Virus record (IMG/VR): IMGVR_UViG_3300042387_000948
Location: 124,001-188,000 of that record
Direction: 5' to 3' (one strand)
Length of the DNA: 64,000 bases
Each line of letters begins with the position of its first letter. Positions within the stretch are counted from its first letter, which is position 1. Made by a program: the position numbers and the translations under genes. Positions 38,422-49,185 of this stretch are shown here, piece by piece. Below the pieces are notes generated by a model that was given only the letters and a program-made list of their open reading frames with translations, ran no database searches and had not been told where the DNA came from.

Positions 38422-41064
38422 TTAGAGACCCGCTCCACCAAGTAATGAACCACGTCCTTTATTTAAAAATTTATTAAATGGATTATCTTTATCTATTTTT
38501 TGTTGTATTTCTGTTTGACGTTTATTAAAATTTTCGTTACTTAATATCGCTGATGGTGTTTTGCTTGTTACGGATGCTGCCTTTTTTTGTGGATTTACCT
38601 CTTGGAGTTTTTTAGCAATATCATTTTGAGGAAGTGTACTATTCCATCCATAAAAATTATTTACAGTATTATTTCTACTTTCTATAAATTTAAGACTTAT
38701 ATTTACACTAACTACCATTGGAAGTTTATATCCGTTTAATGGTTTTGTTACTTCGGCAGTATTACCATCAGTTTCAATATTTACTTTACCACCATTACCA
38801 CCATATGATTTATTATCACCAATTTCCCAACCAGCAGTATCATCTACCGTATACGATAGACTATCTATAATACATTCTTTATCTTTATATAAATTACCAA
38901 TTGTTACTTTTGTAAATGGTGAAATTATATAAGTTTCATTATGATATCCAGCAGGATATGCTAATGATGTTAAGAAGTTTATTCGTTCCCACATTGCTAC
39001 GTGCTCTTGTGAATTTGTAGAATATAATGTAAGTGTAAAACTAACACTTCGTTCTATACCCGAATATGTATAATAATTAAAAGGAGAACCTAAAAATTTA
39101 GCAGAATCCCAACTAGGTGATACATTTTCACTAATACCAGTAATTGTAGCTGTAAAATTAACTGATTTTTTGTTTGGTACGGATGTAAACTTCACAGTTA
39201 TAAAATCCAAATCCCCAAATACATCATTTCCAGTATCAGTATAATGATTTTTTGTATTTAAAAAATTTACAGCATTTCCTAATGATTTTTTAGATTCAAT
39301 ACTACGAGCAAATTCTTCTGAACTATACTTTAACTTATCGGTTTTTTGTGGTATTCCATTATTACCAATTCCGGTTATATTTAATTCATTACCAGTAGAT
39401 TTTGTTTCAGCTACAGTTTGAATTTTAGTTAATAAAGTAGATAAATCATTTCTACTTTTTTCATCATCATTTGTTTCATCAACCGTATTTGAATAAGCAG
39501 TTGCAGATAATCTAGGGTCATATTTTAATAAATCGTTTCCTTTTGATTCTTGAACTTTTCTACCTAATTCTTGCTGTCCTTCTTTTCTAGCAGTTAATAA
39601 ATCTTCTGCTTTTGCGGGTGGGGGTATTATTATACCGTTTGGTAATGATAACCCATTTTCACCAGCCAACGCTTTAAATAAACTTTTTTCTTGTTGAGTT
39701 TTTTTATTTAAACCAGCAAATTGAGAACCTATTGATGTTGTACTTTGTTTATCCTTTGTAGTTGCATTTATTAATGCAAGACTTGCAGGGTCTACACCTC
39801 CAATTTGTTGTAATCTTGTAGATAAATCGTTTCGTTGTTCAATTACCAGTGATTCTTCATCAACTGTATTTGAGTATTTTGTTATTGTATTATCAGCATT
39901 GTATTTTAATATACCTTCACCAGTTCCTACTTTTAATAATTCCTTACCTATTACTTGCTGTCCTTCCTTTCTACCCGTAATTAAATTATTTGCATTTGCT
40001 TTTGGAATTGTAAATACGTTTGATTGATTTGCTCCCTTAACTGGTATATTAAATACGTTTGAAGTTCCCGATTTACTAGGTAAACTAAATACGTTTGATA
40101 CACCGCCTCCGCCTATACTAAATGGATTTGATACACCACCACCACCTATACTAAATGGATTTGATACACCACCACCTACAATTGAACTAAATAAATTATT
40201 TGGTTTATTTTCTTTTGATAATCGTAAATATTCACCACTTAAATTAGCAGGTCCATCTTTTTTTATTGTTGATAATTCATTTTTTATTGTTGATAAATCA
40301 TTTCTTAATTTTAAATCTGTACCTGTATAATCTACGGTATCTTTATATGGCATTGCGCTTGAATACAAACGTGATGTAGGGTCATTTTTTGCCAATAATT
40401 GTTGTCCACTTTTTCTTGCACCAAATAGATAAGTTTGAACTTTATCTTTTGCTAATTGAATACCAGAACCCAACACTGCGTTTCCAATTTGTCTAGGAGT
40501 TCCTGTTACGTTTTGTGCTAAAAACTTACCAACCAATGTCCCACCTGCATCTTTTTTAATTTTAGCAAGTGTTTGCATTGTATTTGGTTCAAGTCCATTT
40601 TTAAAATCATTTTTTAATATTACTCTAGATGGAATTATCTCTTCTGGAAATGCTACACCTATTTTTGATGCTAATTCTAATCCTTTTCCTTTTACTTTGT
40701 TTAATAAGTTTCCAATTATACCATTATTACCCGCATTTCCATTTACACCAGCTTTCATATCATCCAACATATTGGTGGATAATCTATTTAAGCGGATAAT
40801 ATCCGTACCATATATGATTGGCTGTGATAAAAAACGTAATTGTCTTAATCCTAATAATTCTTCTTCGATGACAGTTTCTCTCGTTCTATCACTTATTCTA
40901 CTTCTACGCAATTTATTTACTAACGGAAATGAAGTTGCGTTTAGAGCACCATTTGGAGTTGATATTGATATATCTTTACTATTACGGGTTTCGTATTTTT
41001 GTTCAGCAGTTTGTGTGTTGCTTAATTTTTTAGTTTGAAAAAGTTCTAATATAGTTTTTCCCAT
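38422..41064 (-). CDS. Tail tube initiator/baseplate protein with internal repeats
   Basis: C-terminal ITGISENVSPSW...YTYSGIERSVSFTL...SYTV tube-fold domain; follows tape measure. Confidence 0.65.
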   Translation of the reverse strand: MGKTILELFQTKKLSNTQTAEQKYETRNSKDISISTPNGALNATSFPLVNKLRRSRISDRTRETVIEEELLGLRQLRFLSQPIIYGTDIIRLNRLSTNMLDDMKAGVNGNAGNNGIIGNLLNKVKGKGLELASKIGVAFPEEIIPSRVILKNDFKNGLEPNTMQTLAKIKKDAGGTLVGKFLAQNVTGTPRQIGNAVLGSGIQLAKDKVQTYLFGARKSGQQLLAKNDPTSRLYSSAMPYKDTVDYTGTDLKLRNDLSTIKNELSTIKKDGPANLSGEYLRLSKENKPNNLFSSIVGGGVSNPFSIGGGGVSNPFSIGGGGVSNVFSLPSKSGTSNVFNIPVKGANQSNVFTIPKANANNLITGRKEGQQVIGKELLKVGTGEGILKYNADNTITKYSNTVDEESLVIEQRNDLSTRLQQIGGVDPASLALINATTKDKQSTTSIGSQFAGLNKKTQQEKSLFKALAGENGLSLPNGIIIPPPAKAEDLLTARKEGQQELGRKVQESKGNDLLKYDPRLSATAYSNTVDETNDDEKSRNDLSTLLTKIQTVAETKSTGNELNITGIGNNGIPQKTDKLKYSSEEFARSIESKKSLGNAVNFLNTKNHYTDTGNDVFGDLDFITVKFTSVPNKKSVNFTATITGISENVSPSWDSAKFLGSPFNYYTYSGIERSVSFTLTLYSTNSQEHVAMWERINFLTSLAYPAGYHNETYIISPFTKVTIGNLYKDKECIIDSLSYTVDDTAGWEIGDNKSYGGNGGKVNIETDGNTAEVTKPLNGYKLPMVVSVNISLKFIESRNNTVNNFYGWNSTLPQNDIAKKLQEVNPQKKAASVTSKTPSAILSNENFNKRQTEIQQKIDKDNPFNKFLNKGRGSLLGGAGL

Positions 41065-43916
41065 TATTTAAGTGCGTATGAATTTGAAGTTACAGTAGAT
41101 ACTACTTTTGAAACGCCAGATGTTACTTTTTTACCATCCATATGTACTGATATTTTACCAGAATTTAAATCTGTTCGTAATGCTTTTATTTCGTTTATTA
41201 ATTCATCCATTTTAGCATTTTTATCTTCAGCTTCTTTACCACCACCTTCTCCACCACCACTTAGTGCCTCTATAACAGAACCACCACCTATTTCTAAAAA
41301 TGTACCAACTGCTAACATTGCAGGTATTGCTAATAATCCAGCTACTGCAAACGATGCCATTGCAGCAGATAATGCAATAAATCCACCTGCCATAGAAAAT
41401 AAAGCGGCTGCTGCATCCATAGATAACAATGGTAATATTTTAACCATTAAATCACCTATACTACCCACCACCGATGCAATTCCCTTTCCAATTGATTCTA
41501 CTACACTACCAATTGATTTACCAATGGATTCAATTAATGGTGCTAACAAACTCAATGCATATGTTAATGGTATTAATGATGCACCAAATAATGCCAATAA
41601 TCCAATTCCAATTAATGCAGCCGGTGCACTAACACCAAATGCGGACAATCCTCCAGCTAATGCAACTAATCCAATTGCTGCGGCTTCTCCACCCAATGCA
41701 ATTGCAGCTAAACCTAATGAACCTACTGTCATAATTGCAAATGCCAAACCAGCTACTACTAATACACCAGCACCAGCTAATACTTTACCATCACCAAATG
41801 CGGATAATCCTTTAGCTAATGATTTTAATCCAGTACCAACCGTACTTATATCAATTTTTGATAAAACAAATAATGTTGGTAAACCTACCGACATTAATGC
41901 AAAACCAATTCCAGTTGGTATTAAATTAAAAGCACCAAATAATACTTTTGGATTTCCCATTGCTTTTAATCCTGAAGCTAAATCTTTAAGTTTATCACCC
42001 ATTGATTTATCTTTATTCATAGATTCGGTTGCTTGTTCTACACCTTCAGGTGATGTTACGGAATCTATTTTATTATCTACTAAATCTTCTACTTTACCAC
42101 TTGCTTTATCTTGTATAGTTTCTTTTGCTTTATCCGCTAAACTACCTCCAGCTACATCTGCTATTGATTGAGTTGCCGTTGATACCGCTCCACCACCCAT
42201 AAATTTTTGCAGTACATTAGATGCCATATTTTTTATAAATTCAGCTGATGTTTTTACCCAACCACCCATAGTACTACCAATTGATTTTGCGTACTCACCC
42301 AATTTTGTAAATTTAACACCCATTTGACCTAATGCACCTCCAAATTGAACTCCTGTCATTATTCCACCACCTAACAATTGTATAAATGAACCCAATCCTG
42401 TATTCATACCAGCTTGTATAGTTTCATTTATCATACTAAATTGTGAATTCATTTGTCCAGTTAATGTAGTTGCATTCTCCTGATTAGCAGCCATTTTACC
42501 AAGTTCAGCTACGGATATACCTAATAAATCTGCAGTTGCTTTCTTTTGGAAATAATCCATTTTATTAAAAGCATCCACACCACCTAATGCATTTAAAGTT
42601 TCTTGTGTAGCTTCTTCAATTTTACCTTCAAATGCTAATGCTCTAGCTCTATCTAAATTGATATTCTTACCCATTAAAGCACCCAATTCCAATTCTTTAG
42701 TTATTGATGTTTCAAAATCTAAAAGGTTATCAGCAATACCGGTCATAGTTTTTAAACTAACACCCATTTTGGCTGCTGCTGCTGCTGCTTTTATTATATT
42801 CTCACCGCCATCTTTACCAAATAAAGCAAATTCTTCAGCAGAACCGGCTAAATCTGCCATTAAAGCTGCAGGTATTATTCCATTTTGTTTTGCAAACTCT
42901 TGTGTTGATTTTGTTAAATTTAGGGCAGCTTCTTCACTATTTCCGTTTAATCTACTAAAAGAACCCAATAATCCGGCTGCTTCAGTTCCACTAATACCCA
43001 TATTTTTGGATATTAATGATGTTGATGCTTGTAATTCCCCACTAACATTATTCATACCTCCGAATTCGGAAGCTAATGCTTTAGCGTTTTCAACTGCATT
43101 ATCATCAAAGAAAGCCAAACCAGTTGTTGCAAATTCTGTTAATCCTCCCAATTGAGAACGAACTTCACCTAATTTATTAACAAATGTACCAACTCCCATA
43201 ACCATCAAACCAATTGCTACTTGTGGTTTTTTTAATGCAGTTGTTATTTGGTTAGCAACTGCATTAAACCTAGCTTGCATTCTATTTGCCTCTTCGGTAA
43301 GTTCTTTATAAGCATCTAACTCATCTTCAGTAAGACCTATCGTTGCCTGCATTGCTTTATTTACTTTACTTTGTGCCGCACCAAAATCCTGAACTGCTCT
43401 TGCTATATCTTTATTATTACTAAAAACAGAATCGCTAGATTTTATTAAATCTACATACATTTTTTTTGCAATATCTAAATTTTCAGTAGCCGCTTTCATT
43501 GCATCGGAATCACCACTAGCAGATGCATGCATTAACTCATTTTGGGCTTGTGTTAGCATATCAGCACCTGCCATAAAATCTTTTACAAAATTAGCAGCAT
43601 CAACATCACCAACATCAATACTTATACTACCTATTTTATTAACTTGCTTAGCCATAAGAGTAAGTTCTTTACCCATATCGGATGTAACATTACCAGCTAA
43701 TGACATTTGAGTTGTTAAGTCTTTAAAATTAGAAATCGATTCTCTAATTCCTTTTGTTCTACCAATAAAATCATTTATTTTTTTAATTTTTTTATCTAAA
43801 GCACTTATTTGAGCAGAATCTTGCGCAGCAGTTGCTTCTGCAAGTTTTTCTTGCAAATTGGCTAAATTTTGTATAGCTTTAGCTTCGGCATCAATTAATT
43901 TTGATTTATCTGCCAT
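41064..43916 (-). CDS. Tape measure protein
   Basis: 950 aa, Ala/Gly-rich coiled coil with hydrophobic segments and C-terminal MDGKKV; canonical position. Confidence 0.85.
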   Translation of the reverse strand: MADKSKLIDAEAKAIQNLANLQEKLAEATAAQDSAQISALDKKIKKINDFIGRTKGIRESISNFKDLTTQMSLAGNVTSDMGKELTLMAKQVNKIGSISIDVGDVDAANFVKDFMAGADMLTQAQNELMHASASGDSDAMKAATENLDIAKKMYVDLIKSSDSVFSNNKDIARAVQDFGAAQSKVNKAMQATIGLTEDELDAYKELTEEANRMQARFNAVANQITTALKKPQVAIGLMVMGVGTFVNKLGEVRSQLGGLTEFATTGLAFFDDNAVENAKALASEFGGMNNVSGELQASTSLISKNMGISGTEAAGLLGSFSRLNGNSEEAALNLTKSTQEFAKQNGIIPAALMADLAGSAEEFALFGKDGGENIIKAAAAAAKMGVSLKTMTGIADNLLDFETSITKELELGALMGKNINLDRARALAFEGKIEEATQETLNALGGVDAFNKMDYFQKKATADLLGISVAELGKMAANQENATTLTGQMNSQFSMINETIQAGMNTGLGSFIQLLGGGIMTGVQFGGALGQMGVKFTKLGEYAKSIGSTMGGWVKTSAEFIKNMASNVLQKFMGGGAVSTATQSIADVAGGSLADKAKETIQDKASGKVEDLVDNKIDSVTSPEGVEQATESMNKDKSMGDKLKDLASGLKAMGNPKVLFGAFNLIPTGIGFALMSVGLPTLFVLSKIDISTVGTGLKSLAKGLSAFGDGKVLAGAGVLVVAGLAFAIMTVGSLGLAAIALGGEAAAIGLVALAGGLSAFGVSAPAALIGIGLLALFGASLIPLTYALSLLAPLIESIGKSIGSVVESIGKGIASVVGSIGDLMVKILPLLSMDAAAALFSMAGGFIALSAAMASFAVAGLLAIPAMLAVGTFLEIGGGSVIEALSGGGEGGGKEAEDKNAKMDELINEIKALRTDLNSGKISVHMDGKKVTSGVSKVVSTVTSNSYALK

Positions 43917-43919
43917 TTA

Positions 43920-44111
43920 TTATTTTGCGTATTTATCTAAATATTTTACTAAATCATCCAAATCATTTGTTATATTTGCTAATTTTTTAGATACTTCTGG
44001 ATGCTTTTCTGCCGATTTATTTATAAAAGTTTGGTCCAATCCTTTTTTATAAGAATCAAAAAAAGCATCTACAAATTTATTGAGAATTCCTTCGTTTAAT
44101 TTTTTTGCCAT
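43920..44111 (-). CDS. Small hypothetical protein
   Basis: 63 aa, MAKKLNEG start, own TATTTAT motif upstream. Confidence 0.65.
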   Translation of the reverse strand: MAKKLNEGILNKFVDAFFDSYKKGLDQTFINKSAEKHPEVSKKLANITNDLDDLVKYLDKYAK

Positions 44112-44145
44112 TTGTACAGTTGGTTATATATAATAAATATTGAAT

Positions 44146-44180
44146 AAAAAAAAAGTGAGGATTATCTCATCCTCACTTTT
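44146..44180 (-). terminator. Intrinsic terminator after the chaperone extension
   Basis: GTGAGGAT/ATCCTCAC stem with a T9 run. Confidence 0.7.
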
Positions 44181-44381
44181 CCTGCTTTTGATTTACTTTG
44201 TGCAGCTTTCATTTCATCTGCTTCTTTCTTTTTGATATCAACTAATTTTTTAAAATAAAATTTTCTAAGATGTATTGGCATCGTATAAACTTCTGTCCAA
44301 TTGAATCCATTACCAAAATGAACCATTTCCCAAATTTGATTATGAAGTGTTGTTTTATAATCAATTGGCAGGGTAAAAAAA
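44162..44381 (-). CDS. Tail chaperone 'T' extension, probably reached by frameshift
   Basis: Overlapping +1-frame ORF with no ATG near its start; T7 tract at 44375-44381; YTMPIHLRKFY motif. Confidence 0.6.
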
Positions 44382-45152
44382 GCTAACCCCAAATGGGATA
44401 TCTAACGCCTCCGTTTCGCCTGTTATATCTGATGTAAATTCGAATTTTAAGTCTAAATCTGGACTAATTTCTCTAACATATTTTCTAAATGCTTTTGTAT
44501 CTAATGCTAAAAATCCATTTTGAATCCATTTGTTAATAAATCCACCATCCTTATTACCATCTACTGATAAAATCATATATCTAAACCGAGTAGTTACATC
44601 AAAAGATGTTGTGTTTTTTGTTTTATTTACTCTTTCCAATGCTTGATTATCTTTATTAATATCCTGCTCATCACCATGCGTTAATAACTTAAATTCAATT
44701 ACCTTTTTACTTTGTGGTAATGTAAATTTGTACACATTTTCGGCGTTTAATACAGATTCATCAACATCTTTTGTTTGTACTTTTGATAAATCAATTGTAA
44801 CTTCTTGCTTTTCGGATGTAAATGGGTCAGTAATTTCAACCGTATAATCAGCCCCATATCCTAAAATACGAGTAGCCAATAGAATTGCGTTTTTATCACC
44901 AATGAAAATATCATTTATATTTACACCAGGTTCAACAACAACCGATTCAAATAACTTATCTAACACAATACCTTTTTTAATTAAATTTTGAGATGCTAAG
45001 ATATCTTCTTCTCTTGCTGTCATATATTTTATTTCAACCGTTCCTTTACTCAAAGGGTTATCTTTTGAATATACCAATCCTCTTGATGGTAATTCTATAA
45101 TTTCGGTTGGAAATTCAAATTTACTTGTAGTTGCATTTGCACTTTCTGCCAT
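44361..45152 (-). CDS. Tail assembly chaperone / gp26-like hub assembly protein
   Basis: IIELPSRG..Y, IKYMTAREEDIL, GDKNAILLATRI; lies between tube and tape measure. Confidence 0.75.
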   Translation of the reverse strand: MAESANATTSKFEFPTEIIELPSRGLVYSKDNPLSKGTVEIKYMTAREEDILASQNLIKKGIVLDKLFESVVVEPGVNINDIFIGDKNAILLATRILGYGADYTVEITDPFTSEKQEVTIDLSKVQTKDVDESVLNAENVYKFTLPQSKKVIEFKLLTHGDEQDINKDNQALERVNKTKNTTSFDVTTRFRYMILSVDGNKDGGFINKWIQNGFLALDTKAFRKYVREISPDLDLKFEFTSDITGETEALDIPFGVSFFYPAN

Positions 45153-45211
45153 AACTTTAATAATTTAGTTTTATATATATATAAATACATCAAAATAAAA
45201 AAATTAGAAAT

Positions 45212-45244
45212 AAAAAAGGGATAACCTTTCGGAAATCCCTTTTT
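45212..45244 (-). terminator. Intrinsic terminator after the tail tube gene
   Basis: AAAGGGAT/ATCCCTTT stem with a T-run. Confidence 0.7.
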
Positions 45245-45263
45245 AATATTGTAGTAGATATTA

Positions 45264-45755
45264 TTAATATTCCAAAATAGCGTAATCGTAAGCTATTTCT
45301 AATGTAATATCGGCAGGGTCAGTAGCGTTTGACCAATCCAAGTCTCCAAAATTTGCATTTACTATAAATGCTCCTTTAAGAGTCCATTGTTCAATTACAT
45401 CACCAACAGGTCCTAACATTTTACAAGTTATATCTTTTTTGTAAAAATCAGCATAACCTCTTCTACCAGTGATTGATTCGTGTCCTAAACGTACCCACTC
45501 CATTACAGCTTGAGCCGCAGATGGAACAATAGGGTCAATAAGTGTAAATGTTACGTTAGACCACTCACCCTTTCCTTGCAACTTTCTTTTTATATTAATA
45601 TGGTCTAATGTTACCGTTTCAAATGCAATAGTCGGTCTTTGCGCCACTTTAATAGTATATGCTTGAAGCCCGTCTACATCAATTGTAAAACGATGCTTCA
45701 TTTTAGGTTCGAAGTTCGTATAGAACATCTTGTCAAACTCTAGTATCTCTGCCAT
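45264..45755 (-). CDS. Tail tube protein (gp19-like)
   Basis: FEPKMKHRF, AVMEWVRL, YKKDI, EQWTLKGAF, LEIAYDYA. Confidence 0.92.
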   Translation of the reverse strand: MAEILEFDKMFYTNFEPKMKHRFTIDVDGLQAYTIKVAQRPTIAFETVTLDHINIKRKLQGKGEWSNVTFTLIDPIVPSAAQAVMEWVRLGHESITGRRGYADFYKKDITCKMLGPVGDVIEQWTLKGAFIVNANFGDLDWSNATDPADITLEIAYDYAILEY

Positions 45756-45812
45756 TTTTTTTTAATTTCTATTTTGTTATTAATAAATATTGGTTTTTCG
45801 TTTTTTTCTTAA

Positions 45813-48131
45813 TTAAGCGTTAAACGATGCTCCAGTTGGTAAGATGTTGAAATCAATTACGATGAATTCAGCTGTCTTAGCCGGTTGTAAAAATATTTGT
45901 CCTGCTAATACATTTCTATCTATTACATCAGGAGTATTGTTAGTTTCATCCATCACTACTTTGAATGCGTATAAACCTTGTCTTTGTTGAATTGCTTCGA
46001 AATAAGGGTTTACAGTGTTTAAGAATCTATTTCTAGTCGTTGTAGTGTTTTGTTCAAACAATAGGTAACGAGACGTAGATGCGATGAATTTCTTAACAGT
46101 GATTAATAATCTTCTTACGTTGATTCTATCCAATGCTGATGCTTTATCTTGCAATGTCTTCTGTCCGAATGCTACAATACCTTGTCCAGGGAATGAAGCG
46201 ATTGGATTAACTTTGTTTTCGTATAAAGTATCTCTTTCAGAATGTGTTAATCTATTCAATACACTAATTGCTCCAGTGATACCACCTCTATTTAAACCAG
46301 CAGGTGCGAACCATTCTGCTGCCAATCTATCATTAGCTGCAAACACTCCAGGTAATAATACTGAAGGTGGAACACTCATTATTTTATTATTATTATTGTC
46401 AATTGTCTTAACCCAAGGGTAGTAAGTTGCTACATAGTTTGAATCTACTGAATTAGATTGTAAAGTAGTATCTGCTATATCGGAATCAGCTTCACTAAAG
46501 TCAGCTATGTAGAATGTATCTTGTCTATCTTCAACCATATCAATAACCTTAGTAGTTACCGATGGGTGTAGAGAACGAATGATACCAGGAGTTACAACTA
46601 AGTTAATATCATACTCATCCGGATTAGATACAGCGTTTATTGCTTTGAAATATGCAGTTGTACCAGATGATGCTCCATTTGAACAATCAAATCCTTGCGT
46701 ATTTTGTTGAGTGATATCAGTTCCAAGTGCTTTAGCTACCGTTGGGTTCATACCATCGTATCCACCTTGCAATGCTAATACAAACTGTCTTTTAACCATA
46801 TCTGCCGAATTTGAGCCCGTCATTTGATAATTTAATTGAGAATCAAACGCAAATGTTACGTTAGAACCAGTTTGTGCATTTGCAGGAAGTGGTTTTAAAT
46901 ATTGTTTGTTATCAATTGCCACACCAACAGTTTCAAAATCAAATCCAGAATAATATAATGGAGATGATGATGTATTTCCAGTTGAGCTTGTTTGTAATGT
47001 TATAGCAGGTACTAATAACGATTCTGCAGCATTTGTTGCTGTAATTGGGTTTGTATATGCCCCATGTCCAAAAGGTGCTGCTGATATAGGGAATGAACCC
47101 TGAGCTGCTACTTCAACTCTAATATATTTTGAACGATTTTGGTAATCACCATTTTCAGTAATTTTACCATCTTGATTTAATGTAATAAATCTATCACCAA
47201 TTCTTCTTGCAATATAATTTGTAGAAGCAGGGTCTAAGTTTACATTATTAAATGTTTCAAAAACTACTTTTCTTTTATCAGTATCAGAGTATGAACGAAC
47301 AGTTACAGTAAATGTTGAATAATCCGTTGCTCCATCTTCGCCAGCTGCCTTAACATTAGAGATACCAATTTTAAATTTAGTATTATAAACATTACCATGT
47401 CCTAATGTGTGGAAACTGAATAGAGGATATCTAACACCACTAATATCTTGAGATACTACAAATGGTGTTGATGCTACACTTGCCTCATATGCATAATCTT
47501 GAGTTGGTAATACAACTCTAGTTATTACAATGTTATTTCCAGCAGAACCTGTGTAGAATGATGCCAAATTCTCAAAATAAGAATGTACATATGCTGCTTT
47601 ACTTCCAAATGGTGATTCACCAAATACATCAGCTAAATCGTTTGTTGCGGTTGGTAATATTGATGCGGATACGTTTGTACCAGCAACCAATGCATTGATT
47701 ACAAAAGAACCATCTAATGCATCATTACTAACTATACTTGCTCCAGTAAATCCAACACCCTCATCACCAGCTGCAGTTGAGTGTAATACACCAATTAGTT
47801 TAGTTCCTACTGATTGTGCCGATGAACCAGAAGCAAATATTGCTAAAGGTGCTACTTGAGAATATCCAGCAGTACCAGCTACCCTTACAATAGTTGCTGA
47901 ACCAGCTTCTCTAAGGTAGTTTTGTACTGCATATTCAGTATAATATGTCCCATCAGGTGTACCGAAGATATCTTCAAATTCTGATTGAGTTCTTACAATC
48001 GTTGGTACGAATGCCGGTCCTTGCTTAAAAGGTCCTATAAATGCTGCTCCGATTTCACCGATTCCTTGCGCTAAGAAGGATAAATCGTTTTCTCTTGTGA
48101 ATACACCGGGTGATACAATTCTTTCTGCCAT
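45813..48131 (-). CDS. Contractile tail sheath protein
   Basis: IVSPGVFTRENDLS, AAEWFAPAGLNRG, LYENKVNPI, GQKTLQ, RINVRRLL, PAKTAEFI. Confidence 0.96.
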   Translation of the reverse strand: MAERIVSPGVFTRENDLSFLAQGIGEIGAAFIGPFKQGPAFVPTIVRTQSEFEDIFGTPDGTYYTEYAVQNYLREAGSATIVRVAGTAGYSQVAPLAIFASGSSAQSVGTKLIGVLHSTAAGDEGVGFTGASIVSNDALDGSFVINALVAGTNVSASILPTATNDLADVFGESPFGSKAAYVHSYFENLASFYTGSAGNNIVITRVVLPTQDYAYEASVASTPFVVSQDISGVRYPLFSFHTLGHGNVYNTKFKIGISNVKAAGEDGATDYSTFTVTVRSYSDTDKRKVVFETFNNVNLDPASTNYIARRIGDRFITLNQDGKITENGDYQNRSKYIRVEVAAQGSFPISAAPFGHGAYTNPITATNAAESLLVPAITLQTSSTGNTSSSPLYYSGFDFETVGVAIDNKQYLKPLPANAQTGSNVTFAFDSQLNYQMTGSNSADMVKRQFVLALQGGYDGMNPTVAKALGTDITQQNTQGFDCSNGASSGTTAYFKAINAVSNPDEYDINLVVTPGIIRSLHPSVTTKVIDMVEDRQDTFYIADFSEADSDIADTTLQSNSVDSNYVATYYPWVKTIDNNNNKIMSVPPSVLLPGVFAANDRLAAEWFAPAGLNRGGITGAISVLNRLTHSERDTLYENKVNPIASFPGQGIVAFGQKTLQDKASALDRINVRRLLITVKKFIASTSRYLLFEQNTTTTRNRFLNTVNPYFEAIQQRQGLYAFKVVMDETNNTPDVIDRNVLAGQIFLQPAKTAEFIVIDFNILPTGASFNA

Positions 48132-48284
48132 TTTTTTATCTCTAAAATTCTATGTTTGTTATTTTGTAAAAAGTATTCCAATTTACACATATAAATATAA
48201 ACAAAATACCCAAAACATAAATTTTATATTAAAAATATATTTTGGGATGTTTTACTATTGTTTTATTGTTTTAAATGATACCTA

Positions 48285-48716
48285 TTATGGATTAGATATA
48301 CTTACAAACTCCCATCTATCACAAAATATTTCGGAAGATATACTTGCTCTCCCTGGCCAACCACCATTGCTAGGACTCTGAAACCAAAGGTCGGCTTGTC
48401 TAAATGATGTACTCCAACCCCTATCTATATTTGCACCACTTGTCCAACTTCCAGCATTGAAACCATAAGTGTTTCCACCAGTATCAACCCATAACGCATT
48501 CCATATTGTCAATGCTGAATTAAAATCAGAAGAACCATTTGTTTGAACAAATGACATATAAGTTTTAACAATAATGTGTAGATGCGGATTTCCTCCAGAA
48601 ATATTAAATCGAAGGTAAGGACCAACATTATTTTTACCGCGTGAATATACTCTCATATAAGAGTTATTATTCGATTGATTCATAATTAATCCCTGATTCC
48701 CTGTTATTCTTGCCAT
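48285..48716 (-). CDS. Fibre-associated ~150-aa protein, paralog A
   Basis: Beta-rich; LRFNISGGNP and FNAGS shared with paralog C. Confidence 0.6.
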   Translation of the reverse strand: MARITGNQGLIMNQSNNNSYMRVYSRGKNNVGPYLRFNISGGNPHLHIIVKTYMSFVQTNGSSDFNSALTIWNALWVDTGGNTYGFNAGSWTSGANIDRGWSTSFRQADLWFQSPSNGGWPGRASISSEIFCDRWEFVSISNP

Positions 48717-48722
48717 AATTAT

Positions 48723-49184
48723 TTAATCACTAAAAACGTTTACTACTAAATTTGAAAATGACATAGTACATATATTTATCCAAACCGAACCAATTACTCC
48801 CGTAGCCATACCACTATTTGCCCCTATAAATATAGATGCACCACCTTTTCCTACATATGGGAATAATATCCCATTACCTCCCCAACTATGCCAATCTAAT
48901 CCAGAACGCATTTCAACTTCACCATATGTTTGCATAGAAAATCTTGCAGATGCGTAAAGAATAGGTAATTCTGTTTTTGAACCTTCCGTTCTTATTGCTG
49001 CCCATCTTAATTGTACTGATACTTCTTCTCTTGTGCCTGTTCCACCACTTTGATACATTTGTATCATATTAATATTAGACTGATACGGTGCCCAAGTTCT
49101 AGTTGAGGTATATACTCTAGACCCCCATTGGTTGTTGTTACTACTATCTATTCTTATACCTTCGAGTGAACGTAAAACTGCCAT
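48723..49184 (-). CDS. Fibre-associated ~150-aa protein, paralog B
   Basis: SNNNQWGSRVY resembles paralog A SNNNSYMRVY. Confidence 0.55.
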   Translation of the reverse strand: MAVLRSLEGIRIDSSNNNQWGSRVYTSTRTWAPYQSNINMIQMYQSGGTGTREEVSVQLRWAAIRTEGSKTELPILYASARFSMQTYGEVEMRSGLDWHSWGGNGILFPYVGKGGASIFIGANSGMATGVIGSVWINICTMSFSNLVVNVFSD

Positions 49185-49185
49185 A

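Noticed and set aside
41524-43155. Plus-strand Asn/Pro/Ala-rich ORFs
   Set aside because: Antisense shadows of the tape measure gene.
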